Shown here: piece after piece, positions 47,601 through 56,823 of the stretch
Layout: each line of letters starts with the position of its first letter
Position numbering within the stretch: position 1 is the stretch's first letter
Assembly: GCA_021790385.1 (NCBI GenBank)
Contig: JAJYDW010000002.1
Location: 7,551 to 71,550, forward strand
DNA from: Planctomycetota bacterium
GTDB taxonomy: Bacteria > Planctomycetota > Phycisphaerae > WQYP01
Length of the DNA stretch: 64,000 nt
Reading direction: 5' to 3'
The notes under the pieces: generated by a model
What the model saw: only the letters and a program-made list of their open reading frames with translations
Database searches by the model: none
What the model was told of the DNA's origin: nothing
Translations under genes and position numbers: made by a program

Positions 47601-48377
47601 ACTGCGTTCAATGGGGTATAAAATCCGCGACAGGCCCAGTTCCCGACAGCGGGCCAGCAGGGCCTTGAAGCGATCATCAAAAGTCAGTTCCTGCCGCCAA
47701 CTGCGTGGTGGCAGAAGAACCGTTGTTTCCACAGGAATCTTACCTGTATCAATGGCAATGCGGGCGTTGGTAGAGATGGTGGGCCACTGGTTGGGCCGGC
47801 ATTCCACCGTGCCGCCGCCGTCACCCAGGGCCACCGTAACCATCATGCCCACGTATAATTTGGAGGCCACGGATAGATCAAACGCCTGGGCCACCCAATC
47901 TTTGAGTTCCTGCGGATTAGAGGGTTCCATCACCGGAACGCGCAGATGTTCAAACAAAAACCGGGAATCGGCGGGAACCTGGGTGGAATCGCTCCATGGA
48001 TCATCACCTGATACTACCACTGCCCCGCCGGTGGCATGCGGAATACCGGCCAGACTGCCCAATGCCAGAGCGTCTGCCGCGACATGCAGACCCACGGATT
48101 TAAATACCGCGATGGCCTTCACCCCCACCATCTGCGAGCCGTTGAGCATGGCTACACTGATAGCCTCATTATTGGCCATCTTGGCGCAGACGCCCTTTTC
48201 CGTCAGCAATTCGCCGATGTCCTGGCAGGAATCGAAAAACCCGGCCAACGGAGAGCCGGGGTAGCCTGTAAGCAAGGCAACACCACCAGGTGTTTCCAGG
48301 CAGCCCTTGAGCAAAAGCTCTGAACCGCCGAAGATTTCGGTACCACCTTCAACCAAATATCGAGGGTCAATTTTCAT
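44658..48377 (-). CDS. Indolepyruvate:ferredoxin oxidoreductase family protein (fused IorA/IorB type 2-oxoacid:ferredoxin oxidoreductase)
   Basis: 1239 aa. It has TPP-binding motifs, a ferredoxin-like Cys cluster region (CPGCPH...) and a C-terminal IorB-like domain. The size is typical of fused Ior proteins. Confidence 0.8.
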   Translation of the reverse strand: MKIDPRYLVEGGTEIFGGSELLLKGCLETPGGVALLTGYPGSPLAGFFDSCQDIGELLTEKGVCAKMANNEAISVAMLNGSQMVGVKAIAVFKSVGLHVAADALALGSLAGIPHATGGAVVVSGDDPWSDSTQVPADSRFLFEHLRVPVMEPSNPQELKDWVAQAFDLSVASKLYVGMMVTVALGDGGGTVECRPNQWPTISTNARIAIDTGKIPVETTVLLPPRSWRQELTFDDRFKALLARCRELGLSRILYPIERSWRGGRSQRCPVGFIASGMSHTMLAHALSEMGLLGQFPLLKLAISYPVDTTLVDELAAMCERIIVVEERRSFIEKQVTEYLTQRRQADPEHASARVELWGKNFPGKTPGIPSTRGLHPSILIELLTKFLRDTPNIPHELSNGRLTEELETIALASQVQMTVPVRTPAYCPGCPHRDSSSALLEIRRRLLDPRYMQDQYGRGPMDLVAHGDTGCYTMMMFEPNKPLMHNYSGMGLGGATGGGVDPFISNKQLVFMGDGTFFHSGQLAIANSINQGQDITYIILENKTTAMTGHQPNPTMAQDIVGQTVLSHDIERIVRAIIPDAAGPLGMKRKDGRIVPQGRVIRMNPANREEYRDTLERVILEDGVKVVIADKECGITFNRRKHRAEVAEKKDHGFVRQKSYMNVTDEVCEYCLECTNQTGCPALKITDTDYGPKIQTDFTTCVNDQACSRIHACPSFEQVIVTRKRPPRMSDEVVDLTGMPEPPAMKMRDQWRCYLAGVGGMGIGVAGEILVRAGHKEGYQIAFVDKKGLAIRNGGVFSQLLFSRQPVHGSAITPFGKADLLIGVDAVEAARAISPVDYLRVASPKYTHAVVNTGKTPTILTLLGRDDFSPEDLAQIILKQCKPGRFFSFNVGDLCERLLDSKLYANIMMLGVAYQLGFIPVSYKSITWAIRHAVRREFERNYRAFNIGRKIVLRPDLFGVAAPRQVETVDQAIERKANILTVSSLWGRRNATLYRRLCRTTLDQMPQLDDAARRDYVIRLFDAIQWGTLPYGRSYASRIVKTYQQDHAERNFAVTRAVIWNLARVMMIKDEVYVAMLYTSPEKYRRDRRRYNVNPANGDKIKYLHLNQPEFEIGGVKIRFHIKGRDWQMRILRHCRWMRALLPSWHAREKGYRDWYTRLVDTCELHEPWLYNLWLDILRSPESVTGFREVRYPKMELSQNRVRELQRAIAAGKSDTRSRTPARTVSLTNQVIAGFRGDP

Positions 48378-48681
48378 TCAAAAGTTCCGTTTGGATTTCA
48401 TCTTGGCGAATTCTAATCCAACCGCACGTTATTTGCATCCTTGGAAAGTTACTCTTGTGTGCATTTAGCCCAGACGACACTGCTTTATCTTACTACGTTT
48501 TTCTCGGCAAGGCTACAAAAAAATAGCGAAACATTCATCTTTACGTTAATCCAATCCGTCGCCGTTTCAAACCCCAATCGTTGCCTATTGGCTTTCAACA
48601 TTTATTACTGATGCTGTTTCGCCTGCAGACGACCATGTAAACAGCCACTTGCCAGACCCTACTGGCGGCGTTTCACCATGG

Positions 48682-48695
48682 GTACAACGTTGTAC
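48682..48695. promoter_or_regulatory. Perfect 14-bp palindrome GTACAACGTTGTAC (LacI/RbsR-type operator-like) 42 bp upstream of rbsK
   Basis: It is a perfect inverted repeat with an AACGTT core, matching the LacI-family operator core consensus (TGnAAnCGnTTnCA). It lies in the divergent intergenic region upstream of the ribokinase gene. Confidence 0.45.
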
Positions 48696-48736
48696 GCGGC
48701 ATTAAATTACCCTATCGTGTTTTTTTGGAGTACGCC

Positions 48737-49696
48737 ATGAAAATTCCGCACATTCTTGTTGTTGGCAGTGTGAACGTCGATATGGTGGTGAAAAGCCCGC
48801 AACTACCGGCCCCAGGTCAAACCGTTACCGGCGGCACATTCATAATGGCTGCCGGCGGCAAGGGAGCCAACCAGGCGGTAGCTGCGGCGCGGCTTGGGGC
48901 CAAAGTAACATTGGTTGCCAATGTCGGGGATGACACTTTCGGCCGCCAGGCCATCAAAGATTTTGGCCGGGAAGGGATTGATACGCACGCCATCGTGCGC
49001 CATGCCGATCAACCTACCGGCATCGCTCTGATCCTAGTGGATTACGCCGGAGAAAATCTAATTTCCGTGGCCTCTGGTGCCAATGCCGCATGGCATGTCA
49101 CACCGGCATTTGCCAGACAAATGCGGAATCTTATTCATTCGGCCGATATCGTGATGCTGCAAATGGAAATTCCTATGAATATAGTCGGTGCCGTGGCTGA
49201 GATGGCTACTCAAGCCAGCGTGCCGGTCATTATCAATCCAGCCCCGGCGGCACCTGTTGCAGTTTTGCCAGTCGCCACGCGGCGTTCTCTCCTGCGTCAC
49301 GCCACGTATTTGACTCCAAACGAAACCGAAGCCGGCCAAATCACCGGAATTGCCGTCACCGATGAAAATTCCGCACGTCGGGCGGCCGGCCAAATCATGA
49401 CCTTAGGCAGCAAAGCCGTCATCATTACCATGGGTGCCGCCGGGGCCTTGCTGCACGAGGGCAAGAAAAGCAAATTGATTCCTGCTCCGTGCGTCCACGC
49501 GGTGGACACCACCGCTGCCGGGGATGCGTTCAATGGTGCTTTGGCAGTGGCCCTGGCGCGCGGGGATGTATCGCCGGCGGAGGCGGTTCGCGAGGCGTGC
49601 CTGGTTGGAGCGCTCTGTGCGACCCGCCTGGGCGCGCAACCGGCCTTGCCCACCTTGCGCCAGGTGCAGGCATTTCGCGCTACGCAAACACCTTGA
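48737..49696 (+). CDS. rbsK: Ribokinase (PfkB family)
   Basis: The N-terminus has VVGSVNVDMV and the GG motif (GGKGANQAVAAARLG). The C-terminus has DTTAAGDAFNGALAVALA, the anion-hole/catalytic Asp motif. Start at 48737, with GGAG upstream. Confidence 0.85.
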   Translation: MKIPHILVVGSVNVDMVVKSPQLPAPGQTVTGGTFIMAAGGKGANQAVAAARLGAKVTLVANVGDDTFGRQAIKDFGREGIDTHAIVRHADQPTGIALILVDYAGENLISVASGANAAWHVTPAFARQMRNLIHSADIVMLQMEIPMNIVGAVAEMATQASVPVIINPAPAAPVAVLPVATRRSLLRHATYLTPNETEAGQITGIAVTDENSARRAAGQIMTLGSKAVIITMGAAGALLHEGKKSKLIPAPCVHAVDTTAAGDAFNGALAVALARGDVSPAEAVREACLVGALCATRLGAQPALPTLRQVQAFRATQTP

Positions 49697-50573
49697 AATA
49701 CTCCGTAAAAAACCGTTCGACTTGTACGGTTTTCGCTACCAGGTCAGGCTGGCGGCCACCTGCGCCCGACGTGAAATGCGTTATGCCGGCGGTTTTGTTG
49801 TCCGGATCTAACGGTACCTGCACGGTGCCATCTTCATAATGACAAAGGTCTGGCTGAAAAATAGCCGCCGCGGCCAGGGGGTCATGGAAAGTAATTTCCC
49901 CTGCACCTGCATGGTTAAACCAGACTTCCGCCATCCTGGCCACCACATCCAGAGGCGAGGCGGTAAAACGCTGCCGCACCTGGGCTGCCGCCATCTTGCA
50001 CCTGGTGGTAACATCCAGCCCAAAAGATACGTGCTGTGCCCGGGACGTGCTGTACACCATGGAGGCGGCTACGGGATCCACCAGTATGTTCCATTCCCGG
50101 TCCTGCGGCGCGCCATAGAAAATTCCCGCCATCGATACGATTCGCTTGAGTAAAAGCGGTATCTCCGGATCTACCGCAAAGAGCAGGGCAATGTTGCCCA
50201 ACGGCCCGATGGTAAGCAGGGTTATTTCTCCGGGATGAGATCGGATGGTTCGGCGTAAAAAATCCACCGCCGTATGGGCCGGCCAATCCCGGCGATGCTT
50301 CATCGCCGCAATTGCCGTATATTGGGGGACCTCGGGCTGGCCCGGTCCCGGCACCAGCGGGGCCGAACGACCGGCATGAATGGGAATATCGCCCCGGCCC
50401 GCCGCCGAGCACACCACTTCTGCACAAGCGCATCGTTTGGCCACATCTCCGGTGACGGTGGTAATACCCAGCAGGTTGCATCGGGGCTGCCGCAGCAAAT
50501 AGGCCAGCGCCACCGCATCGTCAATATCACTGCCAATATCGGTGTCCAGCAGAATCGGAATTTGATCAGACAT
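49680..50573 (-). CDS. Nucleoside hydrolase (inosine-uridine preferring IU-NH family)
   Basis: 297 aa. The N-terminal ILLDTDIGSDIDDAVALAYLL motif (the DxDxxxDD calcium site) is diagnostic. It is convergent with rbsK. Confidence 0.8.
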   Translation of the reverse strand: MSDQIPILLDTDIGSDIDDAVALAYLLRQPRCNLLGITTVTGDVAKRCACAEVVCSAAGRGDIPIHAGRSAPLVPGPGQPEVPQYTAIAAMKHRRDWPAHTAVDFLRRTIRSHPGEITLLTIGPLGNIALLFAVDPEIPLLLKRIVSMAGIFYGAPQDREWNILVDPVAASMVYSTSRAQHVSFGLDVTTRCKMAAAQVRQRFTASPLDVVARMAEVWFNHAGAGEITFHDPLAAAAIFQPDLCHYEDGTVQVPLDPDNKTAGITHFTSGAGGRQPDLVAKTVQVERFFTEYFKVFA

Positions 50574-50676
50574 GCAGCAAACTCCACTTAAGTATATTGT
50601 TCATGTTACAGCCAGCCGTCGCAAATATCCTGCCGCCAGCTTCATTCGTCGGCAGGCATCATTTAAGCACCCGGGC

Positions 50677-52314
50677 TTACACTTCCTGGGTTTCCACATA
50701 AGCCTGCATTTCTTCCAGGGGTATGGCCGCCTTTAACGCTACGTACATCACCACCAGGCTGAATATTGCTACCGCCCCTACATCCCACGGAAACGGCAGA
50801 TATCCCTTTCCACCCACCATACCCTTGGATCCCACAAAATCCAGCAGCCACAGGCCTCCAAAATACGGCGGCACCCACCACGTATTTTTCCAGGGCAGAC
50901 TATAAAATCCGGGCCGATCAAATATCCACCGATACAGCAAAAATATGGCCAGCATTCCCCCGATAATGCCGAAAAACAGCGTATTGCCGTGCAGGCCGCT
51001 CCAGTAAATCACCAGGTTCGAAATGACAAAACAAATCGGCCCCAGCACCGGGGCCCATGGCAACCGAAACGACCTCTGGTGCGCAGGTTCGGGCATGCTT
51101 TTGCGCAGGGCCAGCAGCACAATCGGTCCAATGCCGTAAGATAGCGCCATAATCGAGCTGATATACCCCACCAGGCGATGCCATGATGGAAACGGCAGTA
51201 AAAAGCAGATTCCAACCAGCAAGCTCAAGATGCTGGCCATCCATGGTACGCCGGCCCGGTTAAGTTTGGCCAGCGCCGGCGGTAATATCCGGCTTTCGCC
51301 CATGGCCCCAATCACCCGCGCAGAGGTGGTCGTATAGATGAACCCCGTACCCGATGGCGAAACAATCGCATCTGCATACAGCAGCCAGGCCAGCCAGGTA
51401 AGTCCCAATCCTTCAGCCAATGCCGCAAACGGGCCGGTTTTCGTCTTAAAATCCGCAATCTTGGTCAGTCCCGCCCATCCATATTGATGCAACTGGGTCG
51501 GGTTCACCGCCAGCAGGAACGCCAACTGCAAAAATACATACAGCACCAGCCCTATCAGAACAGACCCGATTACGGCAATGGGAATGTTGCGTTTAGGATT
51601 GTTACTTTCGCCTGCCAATTCCACCGCCTGGCGGAACCCCAGATAGCTGAAAATAACCCCCGCGGTTGCCAGAGACGTAAATATTCCCCGAAAATCATGC
51701 TGCCAGTCCGCCTTAGCAATTTTCAGATTGTTCGCATGATGTGCGTTCATCAGCAGCAAAATAACCGTTAACGTCGGAATGGCCAGTTTCCACCAGCCTG
51801 CCGCATTGCTTAAACGCATGGCCCAGCGAATGCCAACCAGGTTGATTGCCGTAAAAATCACCAGCAGGATAACGCATACGCCTAAACCTACCGCCGTTAC
51901 TTGATGATTGACGGCACTCACCAGCGGCGGCAGATAATGATGTACCTGCGGAATGCTGTTGGCATAAGACATCACCGCAACCACTTCCACCGGGGCTATC
52001 ACCACGTATCCCAGAAACAGCACCCAACTCCATATACGGGCCAGAAAAGATCCATGGCTGAAACGCGGAAAATGCACCACCGCGCCGCTGCGCGGAAACA
52101 TGGTAGCCAATTCCGCATAAACCAGGGCCAGCAGCAAAATGGCCACGCCGCCGAAAATCCAGGAGAAGATACTTAATGGCCCGGCCTGCATCGCCGCATT
52201 GCGTGGCCCCAGCAGCCAGCCGGAACCAATGATTCCCCCCAAGCTTGCGTAAAGCAGCCCGATGACGCCGATGTCCCGACGAAAACCCTCCGGTGGAGTG
52301 GCTGGGTCAGCCAT
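50677..52314 (-). CDS. Amino acid/polyamine/organocation (APC) superfamily permease
   Basis: 545 aa from the ATG at 52312-52314. It has 12 or more TM helices and an N-terminal GIIGSGWLLGP-type APC signature. The upstream Cys-rich 49 codons of the ORF are not conserved, so I trimmed them. Confidence 0.75.
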   Translation of the reverse strand: MADPATPPEGFRRDIGVIGLLYASLGGIIGSGWLLGPRNAAMQAGPLSIFSWIFGGVAILLLALVYAELATMFPRSGAVVHFPRFSHGSFLARIWSWVLFLGYVVIAPVEVVAVMSYANSIPQVHHYLPPLVSAVNHQVTAVGLGVCVILLVIFTAINLVGIRWAMRLSNAAGWWKLAIPTLTVILLLMNAHHANNLKIAKADWQHDFRGIFTSLATAGVIFSYLGFRQAVELAGESNNPKRNIPIAVIGSVLIGLVLYVFLQLAFLLAVNPTQLHQYGWAGLTKIADFKTKTGPFAALAEGLGLTWLAWLLYADAIVSPSGTGFIYTTTSARVIGAMGESRILPPALAKLNRAGVPWMASILSLLVGICFLLPFPSWHRLVGYISSIMALSYGIGPIVLLALRKSMPEPAHQRSFRLPWAPVLGPICFVISNLVIYWSGLHGNTLFFGIIGGMLAIFLLYRWIFDRPGFYSLPWKNTWWVPPYFGGLWLLDFVGSKGMVGGKGYLPFPWDVGAVAIFSLVVMYVALKAAIPLEEMQAYVETQEV

Positions 52315-52534
52315 TATTTGCACCTCATAGTCATGCGCATGATCCCAATGCCACCAGCGGCAACTAACGAGATTCCAACCGTGTATCCCGCAGCCACATA
52401 CCGCATGGACGCACTTGGCAAGCCGTAGTTTAACCGAGCGGCAGGTTTTGTAACATCCCACACTGCCGGCCGGGCATTCTATCCTTGCGCATATGCGCCT
52501 CCGCCCTGCTGCACATGGAATTTGTCAAAAGCCA

Positions 52535-53011
52535 TCAACCTTCCTTGAGATCAATGCGCAACAGGTTGGCGGCGGGGCTGCCGAAAATAATATCCGCCCG
52601 AATAATCGCAATGGCTTCGCGCTGGCTGCGCCAAATAAAGTTGTCCGCTATCGCGGCGATCGGGACCCAGCGGAAATCGTCGTGTTCGGCATTCAAAACT
52701 GGCCGGGCGGTTTTATGCACCCGGACCGCGAATACCGGCATCAGCATCACCCGGTCCTTGCTGTGGCTATAAAATGTCTCCACATATTGCACCTGAAAAA
52801 ATTCCAGGGGTACCAGGCCGGTTTCTTCCCGTAATTCGCGCTGGGCGGCTTCGGCCGCTGCTTCTCCTTTTTCGATGCCGCCATACACCACTTGCCATGT
52901 TTGGGCATAATCTCCGGCTTTGACGGCCCGGTGCAACTGCAATATTTCGGCTCCTCCGGCAGTTTGCCGAAAGACATATACCGCCACCTTATTCGCCTTT
53001 ACCTTCGCCAT
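52535..53011 (-). CDS. NUDIX hydrolase
   Basis: 158 aa. Nudix box GGIEKGEAAAEAAQRELREETGL. Confidence 0.8.
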   Translation of the reverse strand: MAKVKANKVAVYVFRQTAGGAEILQLHRAVKAGDYAQTWQVVYGGIEKGEAAAEAAQRELREETGLVPLEFFQVQYVETFYSHSKDRVMLMPVFAVRVHKTARPVLNAEHDDFRWVPIAAIADNFIWRSQREAIAIIRADIIFGSPAANLLRIDLKEG

Positions 53012-53023
53012 GATTGAATCCTC

Positions 53024-54307
53024 TCAACTTTTTCCGGATTGGGCGTATGTGTGCCCGCTGATCCGCCGGACTTGGCCGGAAATCTGTAAAAACGTCAGTT
53101 CCGCCAGCACTACTGCCGCCTTTAACTGCGTGCTATCGCAGATGCTATCTACGTCTAATTCTCCGTCGCGCAACGCTTCAACAATTTTCTGCTGTACGCC
53201 GGTGAGAGGTTGAACCGGGGGGTGTGCTGATGATGTGGAAGCCTGTGCTGTTGCGGCTGCCTTGGGCGGTTTACGTGCAGCATCAGCGGGTGATTGCGGT
53301 GTCAGCGGCAGAGGTGCCGCTGCTGCTTGTGGCGGCATATCTGGATTGTTTGAGGTGAACAAATTTTGCTCTACTGCGGATTGTCCGCCCAGAATCAGTA
53401 CGATATCTTCAGCATTTTCCACCAGCGATGCCGAGCCGGTTTTAAGCAGATGGTGCGTGCCGGCACTGGCCGGAGAGTCCACCCGGCCAGGCAGAGCAAA
53501 CACTTCGCGGCCATAATCATCGGCCGCCAGACGGGCGGTAATCAGCGAACCACTCTTGAGATTCGCTTCAATGACCAGAATGCCCAATGACATGCCTGCG
53601 ATGATGCGATTTCTGGGGGGAAAATTTTCCGGCAGCGGTGGTTCATCCGGTGACATTTCACTGACCACCGCACCGCGGTCCTCGCCGATGATCTGCTCAT
53701 AAAGCTGGGCATTTTCATCCGGGTAACAATGGTGCAGGCCGCAACCCTGCACCACCACTGTGCGTCCGCCAACCCGCAATGCCCCGACATGGGCCGCGGT
53801 ATCTACCCCGCGCGCACCGCCGCTGATCACGGTCAAACCGGCCGCGGCTAAGTCAAAGGCAAACTTCTGCGCCTGCTCACGTCCGTAAAGCGTGCAGCGC
53901 CGCGAGCCAACCACGCCCACGGCCTTATTATCTTCCGGCAAAATTCGGCCTCGCATAAATAGCACCACGGGCGGATCCGCCATAGTACGCAAATGCATGG
54001 GCCAACGAGGATCTTCCGGACACAGGATGCTGATTCCGTCTTGCGCACACTCATCCATCAACTTTTCAGGGGCGTTATCCGGCTGGTTCTGCAGGATCAT
54101 CGCGGCCCGTTGAGAGCCTAAGCCTTCAATTTCCGCCAGTTCGCGGACGCTGGCTGCCAGTACGCGCTGCGGCGAACCTAAGGCCGTGATGGCCCTTTGA
54201 ATTAACACCGGACCGAGGCCGGGCCGGGCCCGCAAATGCAACCTGGCCAACACAACCTCACGCAACTGCGGTGGAGGCGAACTGACGGGTGATTCGATCT
54301 GGCTCAT
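53024..54307 (-). CDS. dprA: DNA processing protein DprA (Smf)
   Basis: 427 aa. It has the Rossmann-like DprA core (VGVVGSRRCTLYGREQA...ISGGARGVDTAAH...LPGRVDSP.S.GTHHLLKTGA) and a C-terminal winged helix. It overlaps aroB by 4 nt. Confidence 0.85.
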   Translation of the reverse strand: MSQIESPVSSPPPQLREVVLARLHLRARPGLGPVLIQRAITALGSPQRVLAASVRELAEIEGLGSQRAAMILQNQPDNAPEKLMDECAQDGISILCPEDPRWPMHLRTMADPPVVLFMRGRILPEDNKAVGVVGSRRCTLYGREQAQKFAFDLAAAGLTVISGGARGVDTAAHVGALRVGGRTVVVQGCGLHHCYPDENAQLYEQIIGEDRGAVVSEMSPDEPPLPENFPPRNRIIAGMSLGILVIEANLKSGSLITARLAADDYGREVFALPGRVDSPASAGTHHLLKTGSASLVENAEDIVLILGGQSAVEQNLFTSNNPDMPPQAAAAPLPLTPQSPADAARKPPKAAATAQASTSSAHPPVQPLTGVQQKIVEALRDGELDVDSICDSTQLKAAVVLAELTFLQISGQVRRISGHTYAQSGKS

Positions 54308-55422
54308 CGCTCTGCTCCACGGATCAACGGCTGGGTGATTGATTGGAGAGCGGAGGAAATTTCATCCGGCGTCGCGTCGGAAATTATTTCCGCAGAACCG
54401 ATGGACGTGGGCAACACGAGTCGCAGTCGGCCATCGCGAACTTTTTTATCACCGCGCATCAAGGCCAAGGCCGCGGCAATATCCACAGCGGGCCGAATAT
54501 CCAGCAGGCCAATATCGTGCAGTAATTTTTCTATTTTAATATGGCTGGCAGCATCTAAAATACCGCGATTGCGGGCCATGGTACTGGCCGCCAGGGTACC
54601 GAGTCCGACTGCCTGGCCGTGCTTCAAGCCGGTATAGCCGGCCAAGGTCTCCAGCGCATGGCCGAAGGTATGACCTAGGTTTAAAAGAGAACGCACTCCA
54701 TGTTCATAAGGATCTGCCATGACGATGGCTGATTTAATGCGTACATTCCAAGCGACCAGTTCGGTGAGCACGCCGGAGTTGCCGTTAAAAATAGCCGACA
54801 GGTTGGCACCAATAAAATCAAAAAGTCCGGCATCGCGGATGATGGCGTGTTTCACACATTCCGCTAGGCCGCACTGCACTTCAATTTTCGGCAGCGTGCG
54901 CAGCGTATTCACATCCATCAGCACCGCACGCGGATGGTGAAACGCACCGATCATATTTTTACCGGCGGCATGGTCCACTCCCACTTTGCCACCCACACTG
55001 GCATCCACTGCCGCTAAAAGCGTGGTTGGTACCTGCACGAATGGCACGCCGCGCAATAGGGTAGCGGCAACAAACCCGGCTAAATCTCCCACTACGCCCC
55101 CACCCAACGCCACCATGGGACTGCGGCGCTCAGGGCAGGCGGGGAGCAGAACATCGTATGCGGCCTCCACGGTGCGGGTAGTTTTGGAAGACTCTCCCGC
55201 TGGAAATACGAACAAGGTTACTTTGAAGCCAGCCTGCTCCAGGGAGTGGCGGGCCTGTTTTCCATAAAGCTTAGCCACCACCGAATCCGTGATAAGGGCA
55301 CACATAGGTGCCGGTGCCACCCGATACACCATTTCACCCAGCCTCCCCAGCAAGCCGGCATCAACGTGGACTGAATAATCACACAACGCCGCTGTCGGTA
55401 AGTGGATATCAATTTTTGGCAT
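54304..55422 (-). CDS. aroB: 3-dehydroquinate synthase
   Basis: 372 aa. Nucleotide-binding GGGVVGDLAGFVAA, metal-site motifs (DHAAGKNMIGAFHHP, GHTFGHALE). Confidence 0.9.
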   Translation of the reverse strand: MPKIDIHLPTAALCDYSVHVDAGLLGRLGEMVYRVAPAPMCALITDSVVAKLYGKQARHSLEQAGFKVTLFVFPAGESSKTTRTVEAAYDVLLPACPERRSPMVALGGGVVGDLAGFVAATLLRGVPFVQVPTTLLAAVDASVGGKVGVDHAAGKNMIGAFHHPRAVLMDVNTLRTLPKIEVQCGLAECVKHAIIRDAGLFDFIGANLSAIFNGNSGVLTELVAWNVRIKSAIVMADPYEHGVRSLLNLGHTFGHALETLAGYTGLKHGQAVGLGTLAASTMARNRGILDAASHIKIEKLLHDIGLLDIRPAVDIAAALALMRGDKKVRDGRLRLVLPTSIGSAEIISDATPDEISSALQSITQPLIRGAER

Positions 55423-55479
55423 GGTCGGATTGTAACGTAAGTCGGGGTATCCGGCACCTTAACAGCAATCTAATAAATC

Positions 55480-56643
55480 TTATTTTTCCGCCAGCAGTTT
55501 TTTAATTAACGCCACGTTGCCGTCTTCCCTCGATGGATTGAAACCCTTGACAATGAGCCTTACCACGCCATGGCGGTCAATAATGAATTGAACGGGAATG
55601 CCAAAACCACTCACGCCATATTTTATAGCCAGTGGGTTCCAATTGGAATTGGGGGTAAACATCTGCCGCCAGGCAATTTTCGGATTGGCTTGCAAAAATG
55701 CCCGCAGCGCCGCCCCCGTGTGGTCATTGGAAATACCCAGCACTTCCAGGCCATGGCTATGATATTTGGCGTAAAGCTTTTCCAGTCCGGGCAGACTCAT
55801 GCGGCACGGCGGGCACCAGGTAGCCCAGAAATCCACAATCACCACTTTGCCCTTCCAAGCCTTGGTGGAAAACATTTTTCCACCCAATAATCGCCCGCGC
55901 AGGATGACCGATTTACCTTGCAAGCTATTCAAGGTGGCCTGGCGCTGCTGCGATTCTTGAATCATTTGTGCCAATGGACCTGTGAGGTCATGCACGATAA
56001 TGTGCATGGCCTGATCTTTTACGGCCTTGTTGGCGGCCCCAAGTACTCGCATGGTATAAAGTGCCTGCGCTATCTGGTTGCTGGCCGGATTGGCCTTGGC
56101 CAGGACCGCCATGGCTACCAGAACTTTTTTCTGTGCTGCCGCGTCGTGCGCATGGAGCAACCATGAGGCCTGCATTAATTCCAGTCGCGCAGTTTGTCGA
56201 TTACGACGGGTGCCCTTGGCAGCAGCGGCTTGCAGCGTAGCCTTCGCTCCGGCATCGCCAAACACCATCGACATACCCAGAAAATGGTCACGCAATTCCC
56301 GTACCCCATCCGTTTCGTAAGGATGTTTTTTTAGAAAGCCATCCAGCACCACCAACGCCTTTTTGAAAAGAGGTAGAACCTTAGGGGCCAATGCCGCGCG
56401 AGATTGGGCGCTGAGCATGATGGTGGCATCCGGCATTAAGGCCTGAAGCTGCTTGAAGCCAGGTCGTAACACCGCTTCCAACTGATGCAACTGCGTCCTG
56501 TCTGCGGCCATCGTTGCCTGTTGGGCCGGCGTCATGTGTACGGCATCTGCTTGGGAATGTGGCACTGAAAGCATTTCCGTGAGAAAAAATGCCATCGCCA
56601 GTACAAAGATAACCATTACGGTTAGTGTTCGTCGATTCAGCAA
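55480..56643 (-). CDS. TlpA/ResA-like thiol-disulfide oxidoreductase (thioredoxin fold) with N-terminal helical extension, membrane-anchored
   Basis: 387 aa. An N-terminal TM anchor is followed by about 230 aa of helical region. The C-terminal thioredoxin domain has a WCPPC active site (VIVDFWATWCPPCR). Confidence 0.75.
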   Translation of the reverse strand: MLNRRTLTVMVIFVLAMAFFLTEMLSVPHSQADAVHMTPAQQATMAADRTQLHQLEAVLRPGFKQLQALMPDATIMLSAQSRAALAPKVLPLFKKALVVLDGFLKKHPYETDGVRELRDHFLGMSMVFGDAGAKATLQAAAAKGTRRNRQTARLELMQASWLLHAHDAAAQKKVLVAMAVLAKANPASNQIAQALYTMRVLGAANKAVKDQAMHIIVHDLTGPLAQMIQESQQRQATLNSLQGKSVILRGRLLGGKMFSTKAWKGKVVIVDFWATWCPPCRMSLPGLEKLYAKYHSHGLEVLGISNDHTGAALRAFLQANPKIAWRQMFTPNSNWNPLAIKYGVSGFGIPVQFIIDRHGVVRLIVKGFNPSREDGNVALIKKLLAEK

Positions 56644-56823
56644 AATAAACTACTCCTGATAATAAACTGCCAATCACTTCCCATGTACTAAATGATTTTA
56701 GGCTCGTGATCCAACATCTTCAAATAGCGATCTTAAAGTTTCAGCGGTAACTCGATAGTCTTGACATTTATTTGTGGTTACGACACGATGAACGCTGTCA
56801 AAAATGAAGATTACTAAAGGATC

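Noticed and set aside
52315-52461. Cys-rich 49-aa N-terminal extension of the APC permease ORF (possible metal-binding leader)
   Set aside because: It is not followed by a linker typical of a fused domain. The conserved APC N-terminus begins at the internal ATG, so this is more likely untranslated leader in frame.
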